Source of the DNA: Lytechinus pictus
Taxonomy: Eukaryota
NCBI RefSeq assembly: GCF_037042905.1
Contig: NC_087245.1
Location: forward strand, 32,428,001 to 32,492,000
Direction of reading: 5' to 3'
Length of the DNA: 64,000 nt
Shown here: piece by piece, positions 49,200-59,690 of the stretch
Position numbering within the stretch: position 1 is the first letter of the stretch
Layout: every line of letters starts with the position of its first letter
Notes under the pieces: generated by a model
Databases searched by the model: none
What the model was told of the DNA's origin: nothing
The model's input: only the letters and a program-made list of their open reading frames with translations
Position numbers and translations under genes: made by a program

Positions 49200-52100
49200 A
49201 TGTTCGCGCAGGGCAAGCTTCGTCTGCTGGGCTGCATATGTTTCATGCTCGTGTTTTTTCCACTCTGGGTGATAGATGCATGGCGGCTTTCTTGGCCAGC
49301 ATTCATAGTGTGGGGTAAGTTGCTTACAATTTATGAGAGTATAGTACTACGACAGTATGTATGTGGTATTATTCTGGTTTTTTTTTCAATAACGTACATA
49401 AACGTAGGCATGGTGGGAAGCCAACTCTATACAAAGATGAATTCGATCGGCACTAGTAGTATAAAGGTACGTTATACTATAAATCATTTCTTTGAATATT
49501 TTCTACATACGAATTCGTACGTATAGGCCTTAATACCTCAGGTCTCCTTTCATATTAAATCGACAATTTGACCACTAGAACTAGAATAACAATAGTCCTC
49601 AAGATAAAAATGATTATACGACACGTTAGCTCATGATTAAGGGCGCCCTCAATAATAAGGGTTTACGTAGAGTATTGGTGTCCCACTTAAGATTGGCCAT
49701 TATTGTCCCCCTGCCATACCTCATTCATCTTATGCCCGTGATATATTTGATTTCCTACTATTTTCTATACCATGTATACAATTTTTCACAAATTTCGTCT
49801 CTCTTTGGTTGCAGTGATGCGCAAGTTTGGGTACTATGGAGAAACGTGCAGCTTAAATGAAAATGTTGTATGATGCTTTATGCTAACTGTAACTGGCGTT
49901 CAGACGGCCATCCCCTCCCCCTCCGAAAAAAAAAGAAAAGGAAAACTTTTGTGAATAGTTTTCTCTTTTCAAAATCTTTCTAAGAGTACATTTTTTGGGG
50001 TATTAAAATGGTCGAAATTGTTGTTCACTCTAATATTCTTAAAACTTTAGCTCCATCTACCATACCTGACCCCCTCCAAATATTGTTGGCTCATTACGCC
50101 ACTGCAACTGTGTGACATAGATTACTAATGTATGTTTTCTTAAATTCATTACAGTGTGTGCTCTCATCTGCATGTCTACGATTACATTTATACTGCTACA
50201 CGTCTCCTTCTTGATTGCACCAAAATATGATGACGTCAAGCTCTTAATATGTCGGTATTTATTCATGAACATTATGGAATGGGTTGGGGCTTTCTACCAG
50301 AAACGGCAAGAATTGGACTCGATCCATTGCATGGAGATGCAACAAAGGTTTCTCATGAAGACATTGTCGGAGATGGCGAAGACTGCTTACGGAAGAGACC
50401 ACGGATTCGCTAAGATGACTTCAGTGTCTGACTTCCGGACCAGTCATCCGCTGACGACATACGCGCATTATCGGCCGTATGTGGAGCGCGTCGCACAAGG
50501 AGAGGAAAACGTGGTACTCCCAGGAAAGCCTTCGAGGATAGCTTTGACATCAGGAACAACAGGACGTCGGAAGCTTATCATCGCTTCTAAGAAACGCCAA
50601 TCTGTCTTTCTCTTCAAACTGGGCACCGTGGTGTCTCGTGTGCTCCGAAAGCGGTACGATCCTGGGCAGTCCCTGTTGCAAACGGTGTGTCTTCTCTACG
50701 TTCACACCGAACCGAAGATGTCTGAAGGTGGGATTCCAATGGGCCCTATCTCGATGATTCAGATCCCAGATCTACTCTTTCGGATCACCTTCAGCACACC
50801 GCCGGCGGGAATGCGACTGACCAATGAACGACATGCTATGTACGTTCATCTCCTTTTCGGACTCAGAGATCCGACCCTCAAGTACATCAGCGCATTCTTT
50901 GCCCCGACAATGTACTCGTTCTTTTCCCTACTCGAGGATGAATGGCGAGATCTCGTTGATGATATCGACCAAGGAAAGATTAATGTCCACCTCGACATCG
51001 ATGCTGATGTTAGAGCTGCTCTGAAATCAGAGTTGGTGCCAGATCCTAAAAGAGCGGCTGAACTAACCAAGGAGTTTCAGAAGGGTTTTGTCGGTATTGC
51101 AAGACGGATATGGCCGCGGATGAGGTACATGCTTGGGATATCATCTGGGGCATCCGTGGTCTACGCAAAGCGTTTACAGGCTACGTACACAAAAGGTAGG
51201 TCTACTATTTTTCTCCTACAGCATTTGGGAAATCAGTGATGTTTGAAAAACACAGTGTGTTTTACAGTGTGTTCACTGATCGGAAGACAATGTGAAACTG
51301 TGCTATTAAAGTGCACAAAATGTAAGATACTGAATCCTATATTCACAGAGCCCACTATGTGTACACACTCGACATTGCACTGTCCAGGTAACCACAGTGT
51401 GACATTATCTTTTCATTCTAACACACCGTCATAATCATATCTCCACATAGTTCACTGTTTGAACACCCCTGTGAACACACTGTGTGAAACTTCTTTCCAG
51501 CAGGGAAGCAACGAGTTTGATGATACCAACTGAAGATCACTCTTGCCAAAAGGTATACTAAATTTAGGAACCTGTATCGAAATGTACCAGCGGCGTGTCA
51601 GAACCTGAAAATTAACATGTCAAATGCAAATAATATCACATGTCAATAAAAGTCAAGATCGTATTTTCAGACCATTTTGTTCCTCCTTATTCTCGGACTT
51701 ATTTTAGGGATTCCACTCATTTCGTCTACCTACAACGCATCGGAAGGTACAATTGGCACACTTTACGGAAAAGACCATCAGTACATTGTAGTCCCTGGTG
51801 ATCTGTTTTACGAGTTTATCCCGATCGAACATAGGTAGGCCCTAGATGTTTACTCAATACACTCGTTTCAGTGCTTTATAGCCCATTATTTTACTCTTCT
51901 CCAGGAAAATATACCAATTCCCCTTATGGCCTTATTGCTTCTTAGCAAAAACTTCCTCACAATTATAGTATTTATGTTTTGGAAAAAAAAAGGAGGAATA
52001 AATGGATGCTCTAATTCGACTACGAAGGGAAAAAAATGATGAAGATCAACACTCAGAAGAAAAAAAAGAATATGAGTAATCATAAGCTTCAAATTCAGTA

Positions 52101-54552
52101 GGAATTCCGGTTCCCTCCTGCCCTCGGATATCCCTTTTCCTCGTAAACTTAATTGCTAGCCTTCCAAGTGGTAAATTGAAAACATGAGTTCAACTGGAAA
52201 CATACCGACTGGCTATTGATACATTTGTTTCTTGAGAGTGTTAATACAATTTAATGTGATTTTTTTTCTTAAAGTGAAGAAGACCAACCCGATACACTCT
52301 TGGCAGACGAAGTCAAAGAAGGCCAAACGTATGAACTCGCCATCACGAACATGGATGGTCTTTATCGATATCGCCTTGGTGACGTCATCAAAGTGACGAA
52401 GTTCCACAACAGTGCTCCAATCCTGGATTTCCAGTACAGGTGATTGTAAAACGACCGTATACATCCGATAAGTGTTGCGGTTTACCTTATACGCATGTCG
52501 GTATCGAGATCGATATTAACGAGTTTTCGCTCCACAGCTCAGGATGCTTTCAAAAACACAGAAAATTTATTGTCGAATGCCCTTCATGGCAATGAGCAAC
52601 CAAAAAGTCTTTGTCGATAATTGGTAAATCAAATCAGCAGTTTCGTCCTGGACTCTGGGCGAACGACATATTTGCAAGTTGTCGTCAGCTCCGAAACTTC
52701 AGACGAACTGCTGCTCCTGTTCACCACTTCTTTACAAAGGCCCGTATTCTGAAACCGGGTTTAATTTAAACTCTGGTTTTAAGTTGTGGTTTAACTATGG
52801 AAAGCCAGTTGTAACATAAATCTCTAACAGTAGAGGTTCAGCGTATCAGCTCATTTGACTCCCAAAACATTAACTGCCTAGGAAGGGTAAGTATGACAAT
52901 TGTCTTCACCATTAAATAATTAGTAAAGAGCACAGTAAACATGAGAAGCATTCACTGTAAACAAAAATTTGAAACGTTTGGCTTCCCATGATATTAGCAC
53001 CGAGTTAGACCACGGTCTAAGTTAAACCCGACTTCATAATACAGGCCAAAGACCTTTTAGTTGTTTCATTGTGATTTTACATGCATTTTAATTACATTTT
53101 ACAGTGTTCTTGAATTGGTTCTGAGTGGCGGCGCGAAAACCCGCTATTGTTACGGATCCACGTAGAGCGTTCCACAAGGCAGTCCAGATTGAACCTTCAA
53201 AAAGAGAAGCTATATCTTTCCCAAAACTATAACGTGGAGGGACGGACTCCCAAATTCCCTAACACATGCCTATCCCTTCAACTTTGGCTATCAAATACTA
53301 GTATATCAATGACAAAAATTAATGTGATTGAAATGGTCATTTTAGGATGGAAATAAAATGACAAATACATTTTTCTGTATAAAAACAGATCTGGTGAACT
53401 TCTGAATTTGAAAGGAGAAAAGACAACGGAAGTGAACCTGAGGTCAGCCATCGTAGATACACTAGCAGCTTCCGGAAAGGTCATTGTTGACTACTCCTGT
53501 GTCGAAAGTGTGCTTTACGAAGATGCATTAGGTGAGATCCATTTTTGTGGATTTTTTTCGCCAAAACACATCTTCCTTTAATTTGCATTGTCAAAATAAT
53601 CTCGCATTGTACCACGATGCTGGGGCCTGTTAAAGAGTTACAAATATTGTAACTTTGTCATTAATATGGCAACTACCACGGAAATCTGGACTGTGATTGG
53701 CTTCCCCACCCTGTTAGCATGTGGCCAAGTGCAGCAGTTAAAGACCTTAATGAAACGGGCATGTGCTATAATGTGATTCGCTTGTTTTCAGTACACTGAA
53801 TATGTCATACAAATGTATGTTCATATAACATGTTCTTCTTCTGATTTAGGTCATTCTGATCTCAGAAACAGGGTCTATTATGTTATATTTGCTGAACTGG
53901 ATGACGACGACAGCACAAGCGAGCTGAACGTTGACGAGGTACTCTCTCTTTCATTTTCCCTTCCCCTTCACTCACCCTCTCCCCCACACTTCCATGGATT
54001 CCAGACAATCGGCACAATCACGACATTATTCAATCAGCCACATTATCATCACGTAGCATGGTTTTATATATAGAACTCTTAAAAACTCAATTTCCGATAA
54101 GTTAAATTGCTTCATTTCGTCTAAATGAAAGTCAATGAGCCTGTTTTGCAATGAACAACCAATAAAAGCCAAATTCCTTTGAATAAAAATAAGTTTGCCA
54201 ATCAATGTGGATATAATGGCAGAATCCTGTTTCTAGTTTTTTCAGCAAAAATGTAATCTTCTGAATTCCCATTCGAGTTTTCAAATATTATTTTGTTATC
54301 AATTCTCAGCTAACATCACAAGTCGACACTCAACTACAGGCGGATGCAGCAGGTTACGCCCATCAACGGAAACGAGATGCGATTGGTCGGCTGAAGTTAG
54401 TCATCGTCCAACCAGGATCCTTCCAGGCTCTTCGCGCTCATATATTGGCAAACACCGCATGTGCATCCGCGACACAAATGAAGATCCCTAAGAAATTACT
54501 CAAGGCAGAATGGATACAGCTATTGGTGGATAGAGATATTGAAAACGTCTAA
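49200..54552 (+). CDS. GH3-domain protein (GHDC-like acyl-acid amido synthetase, ANL superfamily), ~640 aa; join(49200..49314,50155..51195,51708..51834,52275..52439,53389..53531,53850..53938,54310..54552)
   Basis: GH3 hallmarks: TAYGRDHGF, PLTTYAHYRPYVER, motif I ALTSGTTGRRKLI, motif II YNASEG, FYEFIP, motif III GLYRYRLGDV, LLNLKGEKT, V.PGSF and Q.KIP. All six introns are GT-AG with matching phases (1,1,2,2,1,0); total 1923 nt = 640 aa + stop. Exon 1 (hydrophobic N-terminus) is the least certain. Confidence 0.9.
49891..50105. mobile_element. Non-autonomous element in GH3 intron 1 (family of 13495-13735)
   Basis: ACTGGCGTTCAGA...AAATATTGTTGGCTCATTACGCCACTG, flanked by near-duplicated AACTGT. 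Confidence 0.55.
52605..53150 (+). repeat. Interspersed repeat copy 2 (GH3 intron 4), split by a MITE
   Basis: Colinear with 63124-63355 on both sides of the 52739-53047 insertion. Confidence 0.7.
52739..53047. mobile_element. Harbinger-like MITE (309 bp), 3-bp AAA TSD
   Basis: AAA|GGCCCGTATTCTGAAACCGGGTTTAA...TTAAACCCGACTTCATAATACAGGCC|AAA. Confidence 0.75.
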
Positions 54553-55585
54553 CGTCCAAAAGGGTTTATAGGGACTATAGCAACAATACCCCTCCTATCA
54601 ATGTCAAGACAATCAGTTTTCGTTCCTTGCTCAGCGCATGCGACATGGTTGTGCGAGTGCTTCCCCCTTTTTTATCTTTTCCTCTTCTGAGGTACTTTAT
54701 TTCATAAAATAAAAATAACAATATAATAGCATGTACAAAAAATTTATGAACCGGTGTAAATCAACAAAAAAAGTGGTTATATATACAGATGCAGAAAGAG
54801 TAAGAATATCTAGAACAGAAACATATAGAGTTCTACTAATGTATCTTTCTTATTTTTGTATTTCCACTAAACATAATACTTGAAATCATTTTTAAATATA
54901 CCTTCCAAATTTCTAAAGTAATTAAGCATAATTATATACCTTGTAAATTGCATATTGTGAATAAGCTAATAATATGTTAATCGAATTAAATTTAGACTCA
55001 CTGATTTAAAACCAAATACAATATTTTTTTTCTTCTAAATAAATGTCTTTTTGAAGCAAATCTTATCAATTTATGAACCCTTTCCCCAAAATCAGCTGCT
55101 TTCCTTATATTCATATTTAAAAAAAAATTCTAATATTGAATACATCTCATTTGGCATGTCAGACAGAGTTGTAAATTCTTTCCGCGTGCTGATATTTTGC
55201 TGTTAATTCAAGTTGTCATATCCAATTATCAAATATTTATACTTAAATACTTAAAAATCTTCCTGGTGTATATGCCCATTGGTGGTGGCTATTAAAAGTA
55301 TTATTCACATTCGGGTAATAGGATGATTCCATACGTCATTCGAGGTATGTTTTAAAAAAGGGACGGTATAATCAACACTTGCCGTCTGACAAGGTGTCAG
55401 GGCCCCGTTGCAGAAAGCGTTGCGATCAAACGAAACTAACAAAATCAAACGCAGCTTTCTTTTCAACCAATGAAACGCTCGCACTCCTGGACTTGCATTT
55501 AACACTTTAAACGCAACTCTTTCTGCAAATGGTCTCTTTCCTGAAATGTGATTGGCTGAGAATCATAGGTGTTGAAGATCGTTAA

Positions 55586-56171
55586 AGGACAAGTCCACTC
55601 CAGCAAAGAGTTTATTTGAATAATAAGAGAAAAATCAAACAAACAAAACACTGAAAATTTCATCAAAATCGGATGTAAAATAAGAAAGTTATGACATTTT
55701 AAAATTTCCCTTAATTTGACAAAATAATTATATTCACATCCTTGTCGGTATGCAAATGAGGAGACTGATGACATCACTCACTCACTATTTATTTTGTATT
55801 TCATTATGTTCCAATTTTCTCCCTGTTGTCGTGTGAAACAATGATTAATTCCTCCCTGAACATGTGCGACTAGCATTGTTTAATACTATATGGTTCAATC
55901 AAGTTGGTCCGTACTGTCAAATCTGTAAAAAAGAAATATTGTATAATTCAAACAATAAAAAACAAAATAAATAGTGAGTGAGAGACATCATCGACTGTCT
56001 CATTTGCATGTCACTGAGTTGTGCATATCACTGTTTTGTGAAAAATAAGCGAAACTTTAAATGTCATAACTTTCTTATTTTACGTCCTATTTTGATGAAA
56101 TTTTCAGCATAATGCTTGTTTGATTTTTCTCTATTTATTCAAATCAACATTTTTCTGGGGTGGACTTGACC
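55586..56171. mobile_element. Kolobok-like MITE (~586 bp), long TIRs
   Basis: TTAA|AGGACAAGTCCAC...GTGGACTTGACC|TTAA. Arms include CTGAAAATTTCATCAAAAT..GATGTAAAATAAGAAAGTTATGACATTTT and its reverse complement. Confidence 0.85.
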
Positions 56172-56175
56172 TTAA

Positions 56176-56759
56176 AGGAGAATGAAACTCTTGGAGCAAG
56201 TTGGCTTTTGTGAAAGCAGAAAAATCAAAGAATAAGATCAACAAAAGTTTGAGTAAAATAGGATTAGCAATAGAAGAGTTATGAGCATTTGAATGTCGAG
56301 ATCACTAATGTTATGGAGATCCTCCCATTGGCAATGCGACCAAGATCTATGATGTCACAGATGAACAACTCTCCCCTTTTGGACGCTGAAAATATACCCC
56401 AAAACATCTCTTTTTGCTCATTCTAATCATATGACAAACGATTCATCAATGATATAATGTTGTGAAACCTATGTACTTGTCCTCTCATAAAGAGAACACC
56501 TCACCTTGTGATAGACTCTATAAAAGTGATAATATAAGTGAAATAAGTACTAAAGTAATGAGGGAGTTGTACGTGTGTGACATCACAGATCTTGGTCGCA
56601 TTGCCAATGGGAGGATCTACATGGCATTAGTGATCTCAATATTCAAATGCTCATAACTTTCTTATTATACATTCAATCTTCCTCAAACTTTCAACAATAT
56701 GTTTCTTTGATTTTTCTCTTTGATATGGATTCAGCTGGTTTCAAGGGTTTCATTTTCCT
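56176..56759. mobile_element. Second Kolobok-like MITE (584 bp) abutting the first at a shared TTAA
   Basis: TTAA|AGGAGAATGAAAC...GTTTCATTTTCCT|TTAA. Inner IR GATCCTCCCATTGGCAATGCGACCAAGATCT / AGATCTTGGTCGCATTGCCAATGGGAGGATC. Confidence 0.85.
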
Positions 56760-57620
56760 TTAAATATACAACTTTCGAATAAAGGAGGTTTTGCCGGATG
56801 AAACATCGAGCAGTCCTGACATCGTGTACGTCCTTTCATGAAACATTCCTGAAAAAACCCACAAAGTCATAAAGTTGAATATAAGTTAATCAATTTATTT
56901 TGATTTTTTTTTTCATTGTGCATATAAACATCTATGTACTTTAGAATTAAATGTATGTTATAAAGTCAGATTAATTGAATATATTTATACTGAAGTCTTC
57001 AAGAGATATTTATTATTTTTGTCATTAGCTAAATAAGTTGTTTTTTTAATACTCTAAGGCGTTGTAAATCGCTTTGTATTCATTATTTTGTTGTCATTTT
57101 CTAAATATAATTTTTTTCTAATAAAATTCTAAAAGGCGCTGATCGCAATTACAGCTTCTGCTGGGAATTGGGGATGTGGTTCAAAGAAGGAAAATATTTA
57201 AAATTGAATACAAAGAGCAATTATCTACTCATGCTTTCATCATCTTGTGATTGAATAAAACTGTTTTAAGTGCATTTACTTCCATTATTATATCAATTGC
57301 TAAAAAAATACCATATATCCAAAATATTCTTCGTACATTACTGAGCACAATAATTTACCTTCAAGAAACATTATTCAAATAGATGACTGATTTCAGTCAG
57401 TGATTTCAAAATTTGATTTGCGAGTATAAAAAAGTTACAAAGATAACAGAACAATATGCATACCAGACAACCATGAGCAAGTTACATCGGTCATAATACA
57501 ATCCGTCTTTTAGCTGGATGGCGGTTTTTATGATTCACGATTTATCTTGCAAGTGTAAATCATTACAACATTGATTGCCATCATAAAGGTTCCTTTTCTT
57601 CATTTTTAAAATTTCAGTCA

Positions 57621-59228
57621 TTACTCATTCCTAAGTTTGTCACCTTTGTTTACACGGAAGCAAAAGCAAATACATAATCTAAGAAGTTTATAAGCGAGGA
57701 GCATTACTGTTAAACATATTAAAGTTAATATCAAAACAACATCTAACAAATGATACTGAATAAACGATAAGTCGTGGGCAGGGGATCGCATGTAGCTTCC
57801 ACCATGTTTGATGACGTGTTCTATCCAGAAAGCTGCTCGATCAGGTGCTGTCATTGGCCGGTCTCTTAAAATAGCCGAAGCACGCTTCGCGTTCTTACTG
57901 TACTCTGGATTTCCCAGAGCTTCTGTCAGGGTCTGGTAAATGTAGTCTGCGTTCAAACGTGTCTTGTCAAGAGTGGTACCGAGTCTCAACTCCTTGACCA
58001 TGACAGAGACGTCGACCTGGTCGCCGACAAGGGGCATGACGACCAGAGGCACACCGTGGTACACTGCCTCCAGGAAACCATTGTTGCCACCATGATAGAC
58101 CAGGAGACGGGTCTTGGGATGACCGAGGACATCCTGGAGAGGAAGCCATGACAAAAACTTGATGTTTTCTGAAAAGCGTTCTGGTGGATCTGCTCTTAGG
58201 TGAAACAGAACCTTATGAGGCAAACGGCCGAGAGCCTCGAGGAAATCCTCAGTGAGCTCGGGTTTTGATTTAGTTATCTCTGTGAAGTTCGAACCAAGCG
58301 AGAATACAACGACTCCTTGCTCTCCAGAACTTTGCATGAATCTTTCCAACTCGTCCTCTAGACGCTGAGCTGGTCTTGCAGTAAGACCACCAACTGGAAT
58401 GACATTCGGAGTTAAGGGATACGGGAACCCAATTGAAAAATCCGAGTTAATGAGATATAAATCAACTTCCGTGTGAATAGAACTTTTCATTTCTGGATCC
58501 AGACCGTATACATCTACTATCCCCTGAAGGGGTTTTGAAATAAGGTTGTAAGTAAATATGTTTCCTACCAGGTACGAAATGGTATTACTAACGCGTTGTG
58601 GGAATGACATGCTAGAAGCCAACCCTGTGGAAAGCATAGGTTGATAGGATGGGTTAACTGGAGACCCAGCAAGCTGTTGTATGTATGGGAATGCTGCTGA
58701 AGTGGAGACGACGACTCCACGAATTTTGGTGCCTCTTTGCTTTGAGAAGAATGCCTTCATGTAGATTCCACAAGGCCAAACCACATCAACCACCACAACA
58801 TCCACATCTTGCAAACGTTTCATAAGCTTCCCGTCGCTAAACAGTGCCTCGCAACTCCGCCGGTTTAGATCCGAGAACATTGATGCCAGGACAATCATTT
58901 GGCTATACTGCTTACCAGCAAAAGCCAGGTCGTTCATTTTGTATTGAAGGTGTTCATAATCTCTGTTTAGACTTGGAAAGCTATAGGTTTCGAACTTTAA
59001 AAAATCAGTGTACTCGGGCTGAACATATTTCCCGCTAATCAAATCATTAATTAAAAAGGTTACCTCATGTCCTCGATCAACGAGAGATCTTCCTATAGGA
59101 ATCAATGCCATCACGTGGCTCCCTCCTGTATAAACTCCTACGAATAATACTCTGGCACTATCACACAATACTGAACGGCCAAACAACAGACAGATAGCAA
59201 AAAGCACATAGCCATTTTTGAAAGCCAT
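57621..59228 (-). CDS. UDP-glucuronosyltransferase (GT1/UGT family), ER membrane type, 535 aa, single coding exon
   Basis: Signal peptide (MAFKNGYVLFAICLLFGRSVLC), catalytic His motif GGSHV, NPSYQP...MSFPQRVSN, GVVVFSLGS, UGT signature WLPLQDVLGHPKTRLLVYHGGNNGFLEAVYHGVPLVVMPLVGDQ, FWIEHVIKHGG, C-terminal TM helix after QYHLLDV and a basic tail. Confidence 0.97.
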   Translation of the reverse strand: MAFKNGYVLFAICLLFGRSVLCDSARVLFVGVYTGGSHVMALIPIGRSLVDRGHEVTFLINDLISGKYVQPEYTDFLKFETYSFPSLNRDYEHLQYKMNDLAFAGKQYSQMIVLASMFSDLNRRSCEALFSDGKLMKRLQDVDVVVVDVVWPCGIYMKAFFSKQRGTKIRGVVVSTSAAFPYIQQLAGSPVNPSYQPMLSTGLASSMSFPQRVSNTISYLVGNIFTYNLISKPLQGIVDVYGLDPEMKSSIHTEVDLYLINSDFSIGFPYPLTPNVIPVGGLTARPAQRLEDELERFMQSSGEQGVVVFSLGSNFTEITKSKPELTEDFLEALGRLPHKVLFHLRADPPERFSENIKFLSWLPLQDVLGHPKTRLLVYHGGNNGFLEAVYHGVPLVVMPLVGDQVDVSVMVKELRLGTTLDKTRLNADYIYQTLTEALGNPEYSKNAKRASAILRDRPMTAPDRAAFWIEHVIKHGGSYMRSPAHDLSFIQYHLLDVVLILTLICLTVMLLAYKLLRLCICFCFRVNKGDKLRNE

Positions 59229-59575
59229 ATTCCATTGCGCGGCGAGACCCGAGTCTAAAGAGGTGATTATTATCTATCTAAATAACCTAGCGGACAGTTT
59301 GGTGACAGTTCGTATGATATCATTATTTGGACTTGTCGATTTCCCTTTATCGTTGAGTTCATTCATGGTATACTTAATAAAACAGGACTTTGAACTCATA
59401 TTACTAGACACTCGCACTTGAACTATATAGTCCGACCTCTGAATACAGAAAGATTGTGTCTTTGTGGTAAACTGTAATCCTTTCCTTTTGGTTTGGCAGA
59501 GTTTGTTTTGGGTGCGTGGGGGGGGGGGGGGGGGTGCTCATGGGCTCGTACCCGTGCCAGTGAAGTATTTTTTTC

Positions 59576-59690
59576 TTAAAGGACGAGTCCACCCCAATAA
59601 AAAGTTGATTTGAATAAAAAGAGAAAAATCCAAAAAGAATAACACTGAAAATTTCCTCAAAATCGGATGTTAAAATAAGAAAATTCGTGG
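59576..59690. mobile_element. Truncated Kolobok-like MITE end (family of 55586-56171)
   Basis: TTAAAGGACGAGTCCACCCCAATAAAAAGTTGATTTGAATAAAAAGAGAAAAATC...CTGAAAATTTCCTCAAAATCGGATG. Confidence 0.7.

Noticed and set aside
50154..51239. 361-aa ORF as a stand-alone gene
   Set aside because: It is exon 2 of the GH3 gene: its GTG spans the acceptor AG at 50153-50154 and it reads through the donor at 51196.
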